Shown here piece by piece: positions 35,277-44,687 of a stretch of 64,000 nt of DNA. The DNA is from a virus (Duplodnaviria > Caudoviricetes), in IMG/VR virus record IMGVR_UViG_3300036783_000204, positions 14,522 through 78,521 of that record, one strand, 5' to 3'. The notes below the pieces were generated by a model. That model ran no database searches. It saw nothing but the letters and a program-made list of their open reading frames with translations, and was not told where the DNA came from. The position numbers were made by a program, and so were the translations under genes. How positions within the stretch are numbered: position 1 is the first letter of the stretch; each line of letters begins with the position of its first letter.

Positions 35277-35346
35277 CGGCTTACCGGCGGCAGGTGCGTG
35301 TCCCGGCACGTCTTGCACCACACGTACTGCGGCTGGGGCTCGATGT

Positions 35347-35898
35347 TCACGATCGTCGCTCTGCATTCTTCAGGGATTCGGTGAGTGCGTCAGCCATGTC
35401 GCGTGCCGTGTCTCGGTCCTGCCCGGCGGGCGTCTCGCGGACACGTCGGCGCCAGTACTCGACGTCGGCACGCAGCCGCTCAATCCGCTCCTGGTCGCGG
35501 TCCACCGGCTTCCAGAGCCAGTCACTCCAGACGTAGAACCCGAGCGTCAGCGGCCACATTAGGCCCAGGAGGAGGGCCAGGATCGCCGACATCCGCCGAT
35601 CGAACATGTCGGTCATGTCGAGCATGCCGTCTGGGTTGGCCGCCCACCGGCGAACGAGTGAACGTGCCGCGAACACGGCAGCGACCACGTGGGCCGTGAT
35701 GATGATCCAGATCAGCTCATGGTCGCCTGCCCGTTTGTCGGTTCTCGTCGGCCTCGGTGGGCTGGTCACATGGGTCGGCCGGGCGCTCCATCCCCAGCTG
35801 GATGGCGTGCCAGATCCGGTATGCCTCGCGGCGGTCGACCTTCGCGAACGCGGAGGCGGCCGAGCTGAAGTGGGTCGTGGCGTAGGCGTATGCCTCAC
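35347..35898 (-). CDS. Membrane protein with C-terminal coiled coil (start uncertain, coding part probably from ~35715)
   Basis: Two TM segments; no clear canonical start near the hydrophobic N-terminus. Confidence 0.45.
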   Translation of the reverse strand: MRHTPTPRPTSARPPPRSRRSTAARHTGSGTPSSWGWSARPTHVTSPPRPTRTDKRAGDHELIWIIITAHVVAAVFAARSLVRRWAANPDGMLDMTDMFDRRMSAILALLLGLMWPLTLGFYVWSDWLWKPVDRDQERIERLRADVEYWRRRVRETPAGQDRDTARDMADALTESLKNAERRS

Positions 35899-36292
35899 GG
35901 AACGCGGCGAAGCGCGGCTCCTCGGTCCAGTCGGTCGCCACTATCGGGTCGGGGCGGGGCGGCGGCACACGTTTCACTTCCCGGCAGAAGAAGAGGAACC
36001 ACTTGGATAGCCCCCTGAGGTCGACGTAGGCGGCGCACATCGCCGGGGGTGCGGCCGGGTCGCCGGTGGTGGTTTCGTGGCAGATGACGAAGCGGTCGGC
36101 CGGTTGGTCAAGGAACTCCTTGACCTCTTCGTCCGTCCACGGCACTGGGCGGCTCTTGCGGAGGAGGCAGGTGCCGCACTTCCGCTCCAGGGCGCGGACC
36201 GGCCCCATCTCGTCCTCGGATGGGTCGTCGGTCATCTCGCTGGCGGCGTACTCGTTGCCGTAGGCATCGATGCCTACCGGGATCAACCTCAT
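35717..36292 (-). CDS. Cys/His-containing hypothetical protein
   Basis: KCGTCLLRK...FVICHET...MCAAY. Confidence 0.55.
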   Translation of the reverse strand: MRLIPVGIDAYGNEYAASEMTDDPSEDEMGPVRALERKCGTCLLRKSRPVPWTDEEVKEFLDQPADRFVICHETTTGDPAAPPAMCAAYVDLRGLSKWFLFFCREVKRVPPPRPDPIVATDWTEEPRFAAFREAYAYATTHFSSAASAFAKVDRREAYRIWHAIQLGMERPADPCDQPTEADENRQTGRRP

Positions 36293-36669
36293 GGCGTGCT
36301 CCCGGCAAGGAAGTCTTCCCAGGGCACGTCCAGGTCGTGGACGATGATGACGGGCGGCCCGAGAAGTTCCGCTGTGGCCATGGTCTCCCGGCGGTGGCCT
36401 GCCAGGGCAGCAGCCTCAGTGGCGTAGCGCCCAGAGATTCGCTCCGTGGCTCCGCCGAACACGATGGTCTCAAACACGACCGGCGAGAGGCCGTTCAGAC
36501 TGTCGCCGTACCACGAGGTCACGACTGCCAGCCTGACGTCACCGGAGCCGATCCCCGACTGCGCGACGCTGACGTAGGATCGATCCTTCTTCAGTTCGGC
36601 CCACCTATGCACATCGATGGGCTTTCCGTCGCGATCGAAGTAGCCGCTCACGGGCGCATATTCCGTCAT
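36289..36669 (-). CDS. Conserved phage hypothetical protein
   Basis: YFDRDGKPI...VFETIVFGG...RYATEAAALAGH motif. Confidence 0.7.
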   Translation of the reverse strand: MTEYAPVSGYFDRDGKPIDVHRWAELKKDRSYVSVAQSGIGSGDVRLAVVTSWYGDSLNGLSPVVFETIVFGGATERISGRYATEAAALAGHRRETMATAELLGPPVIIVHDLDVPWEDFLAGSTP

Positions 36670-36671
36670 CG

Positions 36672-37100
36672 TTAAGCACCACGCTTCCGTCGCCGACGCC
36701 GCGCAGCCCGGTTCTCCACCGCGCGCTGCATGGCGCCTACGTCGCCTCGGTTCGCCGCCGGAAGGCTGAACGGTTTCACGTTGCAGCCTGGTTCCCATCG
36801 TTGGCCCATGAGCCGCCAGCGGCAGCCCGACGTGTCGTCCAGCGTGACGGTTCGTCCACACTGGCACCTGACACCCGCGAGAAGACGTTCTGCCAGGGCA
36901 AGTGCGGCAGTACTTGGGGAGCGGTGGTCCTGGACCATGATCCGAGCACCGCGGAATATGGCCTGGGCGTACCAGCCTGCGTCCTCGACGGGAACATCCT
37001 TGTGGGCGAAGCCGATCTTGAACTCGTTGGCGCCGGTTCGCTCCGCCAGGTCGGCGCAGGCCACCACCGCATCGCCGTGCATATACGGTGCCTCAGTCAT
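36672..37100 (-). CDS. Hypothetical protein
   Basis: AGGAG-like RBS, ATG 37100. Confidence 0.65.
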   Translation of the reverse strand: MTEAPYMHGDAVVACADLAERTGANEFKIGFAHKDVPVEDAGWYAQAIFRGARIMVQDHRSPSTAALALAERLLAGVRCQCGRTVTLDDTSGCRWRLMGQRWEPGCNVKPFSLPAANRGDVGAMQRAVENRAARRRRRKRGA

Positions 37101-37291
37101 CGTCGCGCCTTCTCCCGAATCTCCTTGACCACCCTGACTACACCGACGACGAGCATTGCAGGGACGAACAGAAGGCACAGGATGGCGATAGAGCCGACCC
37201 ACCACCAGTCCGGACCTGTCCCGATGCCGACGCCTGCAACGCCGACAATCAGGAGAGCCGTCGCACGGGCCAGGTAGCCCTTGGGGCTCAT
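37097..37291 (-). CDS. Two-TM small membrane protein
   Basis: Hydrophobic profile; ATGA overlap. Confidence 0.6.
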   Translation of the reverse strand: MSPKGYLARATALLIVGVAGVGIGTGPDWWWVGSIAILCLLFVPAMLVVGVVRVVKEIREKARR

Positions 37292-37298
37292 CGGGCGG

Positions 37299-37595
37299 TC
37301 ACTGCTTCGCCCTCCGCGGCAGGTAGGAGGGGTCGAAGGTCGGCCACGTCTTCTGAAGGTTGTCCTCGCCCATTGCCGTCAGGGCGAATTCGCCGGTCTT
37401 CTGGTCTCGCTCTGCCCATCCGTCGACAACGAGGCGAGCCAGAATTCTCAGCTCGTCATCGTCTGCCTTCCGGCTGTCGATCGTGATGTAGGAGGTGGGT
37501 TTCGCGGCGAACTCGTCCACGACCAGGCCCGCCTTGACGTAGCCCAGGATGATCGTGGTCGTGACTGGTGGCTGCATGGCAGGGATGGTAACCAA
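37299..37595 (-). CDS. Hypothetical protein, winged-helix-like C-terminus
   Basis: LARLVVDGWAERD...FALTAMGE. Confidence 0.5.
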   Translation of the reverse strand: MVTIPAMQPPVTTTIILGYVKAGLVVDEFAAKPTSYITIDSRKADDDELRILARLVVDGWAERDQKTGEFALTAMGEDNLQKTWPTFDPSYLPRRAKQ

Positions 37596-37655
37596 CGGCT
37601 CCTGACGTGAGAACAGTCACTCGATCGTGACCTGCCGGTACTCTCTTACAACAAG

Positions 37656-37694
37656 GGCAGGCCCCTGGCGTGTAATCGACGCCAGGGGCCTGCC
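37656..37694 (-). terminator. Intrinsic terminator of the XRE/DUF397 operon
   Basis: 16-bp perfect stem GGCAGGCCCCTGGCGT/ACGCCAGGGGCCTGCC followed by TTGTTGT on the - strand. Confidence 0.75.
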
Positions 37695-37718
37695 TTCCAG
37701 AATCAACCAAACGTTCGA

Positions 37719-37928
37719 TTACTGTGCGCCAGGCAACCCACTCTCACGGATCACGCCGACGAAGGCCCGGTAAGCGCCTGGCGAGACTTCCAGGTGACCC
37801 CCATGGGGGTCCTTGTCATCTCGCAGGCCCTTCTGGGAACCCAACAGGTTCACCGACACGCAGGCGTTTTCCGTTCCGCTGTAACTGCTCTTGAACCAAC
37901 CACTTGCGACTGCTACGTTGTTTGTCAT
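37719..37928 (-). CDS. DUF397 protein
   Basis: WFKSSYSG...ACVSV...LRDDKDP.GG.L.VSPGAYRAFV. Confidence 0.92.
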   Translation of the reverse strand: MTNNVAVASGWFKSSYSGTENACVSVNLLGSQKGLRDDKDPHGGHLEVSPGAYRAFVGVIRESGLPGAQ

Positions 37929-38800
37929 TTTTCCTTCAGGGCGTCCAGTGCTGCTCCGATCAGCTTCGCTGACTCGTCCGCGGACAATGCCTTGGCGCGG
38001 CTTACGTCCTCGAACGTGTCGTCGAATGCCTGTCCGTCCACCTCATTCTCCACCGTCTCACCTCCGCCCGCGTACTCGCAGTACGCAACCCCAGGTTCTT
38101 CCGGGTCCTTGAAGCGGAGTTTGATCACCGGCCCGGACATCGAAGCCCACGCACCGGCCGCGAACGGCACGATCTGGATCGTCACGTTGTCGCGTTTACC
38201 CATGTCAAGGAGGTGTCGCAGCTGCTCTCTCATCACCTCCGGTCCGCCAACAACCCTCCGAATGACACCCTCGTCCATGATTGAGTGGAGACGGAGAGGG
38301 GACGATCCTTCCAGGAGCCGCTGCCTGCTGCGACGTTCGTCGGCGGCACTCTGCTCCCAGCCCTTGCCCCGAATGTGACGGCGGCCGGACTCTTGCAACT
38401 CGCGGGCATACCGTCCGGTCTGAAGCAGTCCAGATACGGCACACGGGTCCAAACAAAACTCTTCATCGGCGTCAGACTCATCGCGCCTGAAGGCCCTGTA
38501 CTTGACGGGCATGTCGGCAGCGTTCTCCACCGTGGTTGCGCCCTGCTTGGCGAAGTCCCAGAGCAACTCGGCCTCTTTGCGCTGCGCATCGGTCGCACCG
38601 TAGATGCCCAACAGGGCCACGATCGCGCGGTAGTCGGGCAGCGAGTCGCCCCTCTCCAGGCGCGTGATCGTCGTAGGCGAAGCCTTCAGCTTCCGCGCAA
38701 CGTCGGCAGGTTGCAGCTCCTTGTCCCCAGGAACCGACAAGCGTAGGGCGGCCATGTAGCGACCCAGCTTCTTCTTGCGTCGCGTTCTCTCCACCGGCAT
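37925..38800 (-). CDS. XRE-HTH + DUF5753 regulator (WhiJ/Scr1-like)
   Basis: N-terminal XRE HTH; VSGLLQTGRYAR, RRSRQRLL, IMDEGVIRRVVGGPEVMREQLRHLL, VTIQIVPFAAG. Confidence 0.92.
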   Translation of the reverse strand: MPVERTRRKKKLGRYMAALRLSVPGDKELQPADVARKLKASPTTITRLERGDSLPDYRAIVALLGIYGATDAQRKEAELLWDFAKQGATTVENAADMPVKYRAFRRDESDADEEFCLDPCAVSGLLQTGRYARELQESGRRHIRGKGWEQSAADERRSRQRLLEGSSPLRLHSIMDEGVIRRVVGGPEVMREQLRHLLDMGKRDNVTIQIVPFAAGAWASMSGPVIKLRFKDPEEPGVAYCEYAGGGETVENEVDGQAFDDTFEDVSRAKALSADESAKLIGAALDALKEK

Positions 38801-38991
38801 ACGCGCCACTCTAGCGACTCCCTGCAACGCCGTAGTTCACTCGAACGGACTCATCACCGTGCATTCTGCACCTAGTACAGTGCGTGGTGCCAGTGGGGTC
38901 GGTGTACGGAACTCCGATTTCCAGTACACCCGGCCCCGCTGGCCCCCAGAAGTTGGTGAATTACGAGCTTCGAGACAGCGCGGGGGCGCAG

Positions 38992-39330
38992 ATGAGGACG
39001 TTGGCGGACGTACCGGTTGCACTCGGCATCAGCTGCACACTCCTGGGCCTGGCCCTGGGGTACGCGGCGTTCCGTGTCTGGGACTGGTGGGTGGAGCATC
39101 CCGGAGAGCACGCCCCGCCCCGGCGGGGTCGCAGTGTCCGCGACACCAGGGCTCGCCTCAGGGTCAGATGCTCCGTCACGCAGTGGCCGGGCCACGCCGA
39201 AAACATCATCGCGGCCGCCCGCGCCTTTCCTGGGTCGAACGACGTCGCGCCGAAGGACTGGCCGACGCCTGACCGCATCCCTGAGCAGTTGCCCCGGCGA
39301 CACGCGTCAGCGGCGGGAAAGGGCCGGTAG
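38992..39330 (+). CDS. Membrane-anchored hypothetical protein
   Basis: N-terminal TM; divergent from XRE gene. Confidence 0.5.
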   Translation: MRTLADVPVALGISCTLLGLALGYAAFRVWDWWVEHPGEHAPPRRGRSVRDTRARLRVRCSVTQWPGHAENIIAAARAFPGSNDVAPKDWPTPDRIPEQLPRRHASAAGKGR

Positions 39331-39686
39331 TGGGCGACGCCGAGATGAACCTACGGCGGTTGGACAACTTCCACGACGTGGTCCACTGCCTCCGCGAAGG
39401 CCGGTTCGTGCTGTTTCCGTGGGAGTGCGCGGACGAGATCCGGCTTGACCGCGACGATTGGGCCGACCTGTTCCAGCACGGGTGCGCCGAATATGGCCTC
39501 ATTGTCGAGGTCAAGCCGCTCCCCCGGAAGAGTGTCACGCTCGTCTATACCGTCTTCGCTCTGCCGCATTTCTCTGAGATCGAGGCGGCCATCGCCGTCC
39601 TCGAAAAGCGGCGGCAGGAAGGACACGAGCCGCCCACCCCGGGGCGTAACGAGCAGGATTCGGCGCGTCGGCGCCACGACGGATAG
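39330..39686 (+). CDS. Hypothetical protein
   Basis: 118-aa ORF coupled to upstream stop. Confidence 0.55.
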   Translation: MGDAEMNLRRLDNFHDVVHCLREGRFVLFPWECADEIRLDRDDWADLFQHGCAEYGLIVEVKPLPRKSVTLVYTVFALPHFSEIEAAIAVLEKRRQEGHEPPTPGRNEQDSARRRHDG

Positions 39687-39927
39687 TCCGGCGGGTTGCC
39701 TGTCGTCTCTTAGGGGTGACGACAGGCGCTCCGCCTCGATGAGGGCGGGACATGATTTCGAACTTCACGGTCGGGGCGGATGCCCGGCCCACTGGCGACC
39801 TCTTCGGTCGCCTGTTCACTCCGCTCGTCTGCGATGGCCCCCGACTTGCAGGCGAGCGGGCGGCACGCCCCAAGAGATCCCCGAGCCTCGCGGGGCGTGC
39901 CGCGTCCAGTGCACGTGGGGGTGCGAA

Positions 39928-40209
39928 GTGAGCGCGGAGTCAGTCAAGGTGCCCATCTGGTTGAGCACCAAGGGAACCCAGCTGGTTCGCCGACTCGAAT
40001 ATCTCGGCTTCGTCTTTAGGGTGGGCGATCCCCGGGCGGCGACGGACTTCAGCGGCGTCCTCGCCGTGAACGGCGAGAAGCTGATTGAGGTCTGGGTCTT
40101 CAGGGACATCGACCCATCCACTCTGAATCGGCCAGGACACGCCTTAGAGGTCGGCACGGTCGAGGGGATCTTGCAGAAGGCCGTCGAGTACGCGGAGGGC
40201 AGGCTGTGA
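39928..40209 (+). CDS. Hypothetical protein
   Basis: GTG 39928; overlaps next gene by GTGA. Confidence 0.55.
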   Translation: MSAESVKVPIWLSTKGTQLVRRLEYLGFVFRVGDPRAATDFSGVLAVNGEKLIEVWVFRDIDPSTLNRPGHALEVGTVEGILQKAVEYAEGRL

Positions 40210-40661
40210 ACGTTCTCGACGCACCGGCCGAGTGGGGCACGTGGAGGTACGCACCTGCCTACCCGCGCGGCCCCTGGGTGCTGCACTTCATCCGCACAGG
40301 CGCCTTGAATCACACTCTCGTGGAGGACGCCATCGTCGTCGAGGACCGCGACCGTGCTGCCTGCGGGAAGATGTGCCGGAAGGAGCCCGATGGATTCCGC
40401 CGCCTCGAAGACCGTTCTCCGGTGGCATGTCGTCGATGCGAGTTCTTCGTTCTGTGGAACCTCTGCCTCCGGCGCGCCATTGCCGAGCTTCGAGGAGGTG
40501 GCGGCCCGCGTACGGTCATCAGTGCGCGACTCGGAGACGGCGGAGGCCGCGTTGCAGGCGCTGTACAAGGCGCTCCTGAACCGGGTGCCCCAGATGGTCG
40601 GGATCACGCCGAGCGCGGCGATATTCATATTCGGCGAGCTGTGACGAGCACGCCCCCCTGA
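40206..40661 (+). CDS. Hypothetical protein with Cys/His motif
   Basis: LH...AACG...VACRRC. Confidence 0.55.
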   Translation: MNVLDAPAEWGTWRYAPAYPRGPWVLHFIRTGALNHTLVEDAIVVEDRDRAACGKMCRKEPDGFRRLEDRSPVACRRCEFFVLWNLCLRRAIAELRGGGGPRTVISARLGDGGGRVAGAVQGAPEPGAPDGRDHAERGDIHIRRAVTSTPP

Positions 40662-40755
40662 TTCGTGCACACAAGCGGGCACACTGGTGTGCACGAAACC
40701 GGCCCCTGTCACTGTCGCCTCACAACGCCCCCCTCGGCGGAGTGACAGGGGCCGG
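40662..40755 (+). promoter_or_regulatory. Tandem long hairpins upstream of the solute-binding protein gene
   Basis: 11-bp stem 40662-40697 and 15-bp stem 40699-40755. Confidence 0.4.
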
Positions 40756-40904
40756 ACCTTAGAACAGCGCCGTCGATCGAGTCATGGACAACTCTCGACG
40801 GCGCTTATGCCCGGCCGCGCCGTCGGCGCCTCAGATCCAGGGCGGCGCGGCCGGGGTTCTTTTCGATGCGAACCCAAGGAAAGTACCGAAGGGGAGAAGT
40901 TTCG

Positions 40905-41966
40905 ATGACGACAAGGACGAAGCACGGGCACCGCGCGGTAGCGATGCTTGTGGCAGCCTGCCTACTGCTGGCCGGTGGTTGCGGATTGATGAGAGGTCAG
41001 CAAAATAGCGCTGACGCGGAAGGCAAGACGCAGATAACGGTCGGCGCGATGCCGCTGGTCAACCTGGTTCCGCTGCAATTAGCCATCGACCCGAAGTACC
41101 ATTTCTTCGGCGACGAGGGGCTTTTCGTCACGCCGAAGACAATCAACAACGGCGGGGCTGGACTCGTCGAGCTACTCAATGGCGAGGCCGATGTCACCTA
41201 CGTGTCCGTCGTTACCGTGGCCAAGGCGCAAGCTAAAGCCCCCGAGAAGGACCCCGCGAAGCGGTACACGATCATTGCGCCCGCGTCCGCCAACGCGCGG
41301 TTGGCCATGGCGTTGGTCGCCAAGGAAAACGGCCCCATCAAGACGGTGCGGGATCTCAAAGGCAAACGCGTCGCGATCAACCAGACTGGCGGGCTGGCTG
41401 ACGCGATGACCCGGTCGGCGCTGAAGGACAACGGCGTCGCTGCGGGCGACGTGCACATGCCGCCGGTTGATTTCCCGAACATGCCGGTGTATCTGGAGAA
41501 CGACCAGGTTGACGCGGCACTTGTCGCCGAACCGTACGTCACTCTCGCCGCCCAGCAGGCCGGGGCAATCCCACTTGTCAACTTCCAGGACACCGAAGCG
41601 AAGGACTTGCCGCTGGACTGCTATGTCACGACAGAAAAGTACGCCGCCGAGCACCCCGCGGAGATCGGAGAGTTTCAAAGGGCGCTCCGCAATGCCGCCA
41701 ATCTCGCGCACGACGATCACCAGGCAGCGGTCGATGAAGTACCGCACTTCATTAAAGACATCCCTGTGGGCCTGCCTCAGCTTCTGAACTTCCCCGCCTT
41801 CCCGCTGGCGGTCGACGAACGCAACTACCAGCGCGTCCCAGATTTGATGAAGAACTACGGACTTGCGGACGACTTCAAGATAGGGCCGATGATCTACACG
41901 CCGCCGTCGCCTTCGCCGAGCCCTTCGCCGAGCGGATCGTCGGCGACACCTACGCCCACCAAGTAG
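40905..41966 (+). CDS. ABC-type solute-binding lipoprotein (SsuA/TauA/NMT1-THI5 class), stand-alone
   Basis: Signal with Cys (LLAGGC); FFGDEGLFV, GGAGLVELLNGEADV, IKTVRDLKGKRVAIN, DAALVAEPY; Ser/Pro tail. Confidence 0.85.
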   Translation: MTTRTKHGHRAVAMLVAACLLLAGGCGLMRGQQNSADAEGKTQITVGAMPLVNLVPLQLAIDPKYHFFGDEGLFVTPKTINNGGAGLVELLNGEADVTYVSVVTVAKAQAKAPEKDPAKRYTIIAPASANARLAMALVAKENGPIKTVRDLKGKRVAINQTGGLADAMTRSALKDNGVAAGDVHMPPVDFPNMPVYLENDQVDAALVAEPYVTLAAQQAGAIPLVNFQDTEAKDLPLDCYVTTEKYAAEHPAEIGEFQRALRNAANLAHDDHQAAVDEVPHFIKDIPVGLPQLLNFPAFPLAVDERNYQRVPDLMKNYGLADDFKIGPMIYTPPSPSPSPSPSGSSATPTPTK

Positions 41967-42006
41967 ACGCACACTCTGTTATTCAATTCTGAAGGGAATA
42001 CGGCAA

Positions 42007-42492
42007 TTGGCAACCGAAGCATATTCTAAGATGCGGATCGTCGATCAGGACGACCTGCTGACTGCCCCCGGCCATTTCGATGGGATGTCGATGGTCGCCC
42101 TGCGTCTGGATAAGGAGCATCCTCGCTGGGCGCACCTGCACGGGGTGCCCGTGTTCATTGTCGTCATTGAGGGCGTGTGCGGCACGTTAGCCGGACCGGA
42201 GATGCAGTGTTGGACGCATGCCGAGGGGTCCGTGATGCGGATCGCGGCAGGGGTCCCCCATGTCGGCGTAAGCCTGGACCCGCGCGTTCCGGTGCTGGCG
42301 CTCAAATTCAGCACGAGTGACGACATCAAGCGTGACACAACTCGGCTCCCGGACTACGACGAGTTGGTCGAATCCCGGACAGCTGACCTGCGTGCGCTCT
42401 ACCGGGCTGGGAAGTTGGACGTAACGCGCCGGACGAGCGGCTTCGTGACCCTCACGCAGACGGTGGAGAGGGCAGTCCATGGAAACCGCTGA
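42007..42492 (+). CDS. Cupin-domain protein (ATG alternative at 42031)
   Basis: HLH...VVIEG...IAAGVPH cupin motifs. Confidence 0.7.
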   Translation: MATEAYSKMRIVDQDDLLTAPGHFDGMSMVALRLDKEHPRWAHLHGVPVFIVVIEGVCGTLAGPEMQCWTHAEGSVMRIAAGVPHVGVSLDPRVPVLALKFSTSDDIKRDTTRLPDYDELVESRTADLRALYRAGKLDVTRRTSGFVTLTQTVERAVHGNR

Positions 42493-42928
42493 CCGAAGAT
42501 CCGGCAAGGACTCGTTGTCGGAAACCGCGTACCGCCAGCTGCTTTCTTCGATGGTGACGAGCTACGGCCTGTCGCCGCAGGCGGCGGACACCTTCGCGGA
42601 CCAGGCGCTCGCGGCGGTGGCGACGATCGCCGTGACCGGCGGCCAGCTGCGGCTGAGCGAGCCGGTGGACCAGGGGGTGCGGCTCCTGATGGCTGATCCG
42701 ATACGCCTGGCCCATGTGACGCAGAAGCATCGGGCGCGGGTGCGGCGAGAGGTGACGACGGAGCCCGGGAAGCCGGGGGACATCGAGGCGACGGCAGCCG
42801 CTCTTGCCGATGTCGGCTTCACGGTGCGCGACGAGGCATGGAAGGACCAGCCTCCGGCCGCGGCGGTTCTGACGTGCGGACGGGTGCTCCCTCAGCCCGT
42901 CCCCGCGCAGCCTCTCGGGGCGGCGTAG
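42479..42928 (+). CDS. Hypothetical protein
   Basis: GGAGAGG RBS; operon-coupled. Confidence 0.6.
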   Translation: METADRRSGKDSLSETAYRQLLSSMVTSYGLSPQAADTFADQALAAVATIAVTGGQLRLSEPVDQGVRLLMADPIRLAHVTQKHRARVRREVTTEPGKPGDIEATAAALADVGFTVRDEAWKDQPPAAAVLTCGRVLPQPVPAQPLGAA

Positions 42929-43082
42929 TGCTGAGGCGCCGCCGAGGTGGCGACCGTCGGCGTGTCCTGCGTCGGGTCGCCGCCGGGGTGGTCATCACTG
43001 CGGCGATCTTGCTTGTCCCCGTAGCGTGCAAGATCACCCGCTGGGAAGTAGTGGGAGTAACGAAGGCGCACTGAGAACAAGG

Positions 43083-43121
43083 CCCAGGAGCCCTGCCCGG
43101 CGCGGGGTCAGGGCTCCTGGG
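43083..43121. terminator. 13-bp hairpin, terminator-like
   Basis: CCCAGGAGCCCTG-N13-CAGGGCTCCTGGG. Confidence 0.5.
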
Positions 43122-43548
43122 TGCCCGCGAGCGGGTTCTGCGGGTACAGCCGCGTGTGGGTCTCGTACTTCGGGTGGTGTCCGGCTGGGTAGAGCCACGC
43201 TTCGCCGCCTCGCCCTTCGTCCTCGCAGTCGCGGCAGATCCACGCGTAGTGCCCGATGTTGCCCGTACTGGCCGGGCAGGAGCAGTGGACGAACTCGACC
43301 TGCATTCGACCACCGATGAGTACATGGTGGTACGCGCACATGCCGGGGTCGCGGGTGTCGGTGCGGACCTCCGGCGCGAAGTGGAACGTCACGTGATGAG
43401 TAGAACACACGTTCGGGAGGGTGTGTAGATGAAGAAGCCACATCGCCGCACATGGTGGCCGATAGGGCACGCCGGAGCCATGCTGGCGGGCATCCTCGTG
43501 ATGCTCGTGGTGGCCGCCGTCAGGGGGGCCCGGTGACCGTGCCAGCAC
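43108..43548 (-). CDS. Possible Cys/His-rich small protein (start uncertain)
   Basis: CAYHH...HCSC...H...CRDC; upstream part of the ORF overlaps + strand genes. Confidence 0.35.
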   Translation of the reverse strand: MLARSPGPPDGGHHEHHEDARQHGSGVPYRPPCAAMWLLHLHTLPNVCSTHHVTFHFAPEVRTDTRDPGMCAYHHVLIGGRMQVEFVHCSCPASTGNIGHYAWICRDCEDEGRGGEAWLYPAGHHPKYETHTRLYPQNPLAGTQEP

Positions 43549-43868
43549 CCCGGGGCGACCGAGTCAGCTACCGGGACTACGTACGTCCGTACCGCGCCGG
43601 ACGGTCCCTGTCCGACATCGCACGGGCCCGTGGGGTCGACGTCGCCAATGTGCTCATGGTCCTCGCCGTCGAGCGGCAGCGACTCAGGCGGGGAGCGTTG
43701 GAGGAGCTGCCCCAAGACGAGCTGGTTGCTCTCGCGCGCCTGGTAGCCGCCGAGTTCACCTGCGTCCCGCAGGCCGACCTGGTGACCGGGAGGTACGGCA
43801 TCACGAAGGGGCAGCTCCAGTCCTTCATCAAGACCGCGAAGGACACGGCGCGGAAGGGGAAGATGTGA
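43533..43868 (+). CDS. HTH protein
   Basis: YRAGRSLSDIARARGVDVANVLMVL; second HTH-like segment at C-terminus. Confidence 0.65.
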   Translation: MTVPAPRGDRVSYRDYVRPYRAGRSLSDIARARGVDVANVLMVLAVERQRLRRGALEELPQDELVALARLVAAEFTCVPQADLVTGRYGITKGQLQSFIKTAKDTARKGKM

Positions 43869-44662
43869 GTTCGGCTCACAGCTCACAGCGCCTGCCACCT
43901 GAGGTTCTGGCGCAGTGGATCACTGATCGCAAGAAGGGCCTGACCTACGCGGAAATCGGGAAGAAGCACGGGCGGTCCGCTTCGACGGTGTACAGACACC
44001 TCCGCATACACGGGGGGAAGAAGCGCACCAGGAGGTACTCGCCGCCTCCGTCTGGCGGGTTGATCACGGCGATGGTGAAGGCATACAACGGCGGGCTGAC
44101 CTACCGTGAGACCGCGGAGAAGTCCAACGTGTCGTACGGCAAAGCACACCGGTACATCTCCGCCGACCCCCGGGCGAAGGTCCGAACGTGGGGCGGCGGC
44201 GCCGGTGCCGACAGGGCCGTCAGCACGCTTAGTGAGCGACGCCAACGACAGCCCAGAAAGGTCCGGCGACCCGAGGGCGGCAGGCCACTGTCATCTGACG
44301 AGGTGGCGCAAATGATTAAGGACCGCAACGAGAAGGGTATGACGTACGCGGCGCTCGGGGAGAAGTACGGCGTAAGCGGGCAAACGGCCCACAATCACGT
44401 GGGGCCGCACAGCGCGACGCCCGCGAGGAAGCGAGCACCATCCCCGTCCCCTGGAAAGGTTGCGGCGATGGTGGATGCATACAACGGGGGCCTGACTTTC
44501 CGCGAGACCGGGAAGAAGTTCCGCGTGTCGACGGAAACGGCCCGCAGGCACATCTCAGCGGACCCGCGGGCGAAAGTGCGGGCATGGGGCGGCCCTCCAG
44601 CGGCCGCCTCCGATGACGAGCGCTCGGGGGCGGCAGCCACTACCCTCCCAGTCAAGGTTTAG
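43865..44662 (+). CDS. Four-HTH tandem-repeat protein
   Basis: Internal duplication: MV.AYNGGLT.RET..K..VS...A.R.ISADPRAKVR.WGG twice, alternating with GLTYAEIGKKHG / GMTYAALGEKYG HTHs. Confidence 0.8.
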   Translation: MSSAHSSQRLPPEVLAQWITDRKKGLTYAEIGKKHGRSASTVYRHLRIHGGKKRTRRYSPPPSGGLITAMVKAYNGGLTYRETAEKSNVSYGKAHRYISADPRAKVRTWGGGAGADRAVSTLSERRQRQPRKVRRPEGGRPLSSDEVAQMIKDRNEKGMTYAALGEKYGVSGQTAHNHVGPHSATPARKRAPSPSPGKVAAMVDAYNGGLTFRETGKKFRVSTETARRHISADPRAKVRAWGGPPAAASDDERSGAAATTLPVKV

Positions 44663-44687
44663 GACGTACGGAGGACGGGAGGACGGC

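Noticed and set aside
40660-40900. TPP riboswitch upstream of the NMT1/THI5-like binding protein
   Set aside because: No CTGAGA / ACCTGA / AGGGA signature found; only generic hairpins
41900-41945. CCTTCGCCGAGC repeats
   Set aside because: Encode the Ser-Pro linker tail of the solute-binding protein
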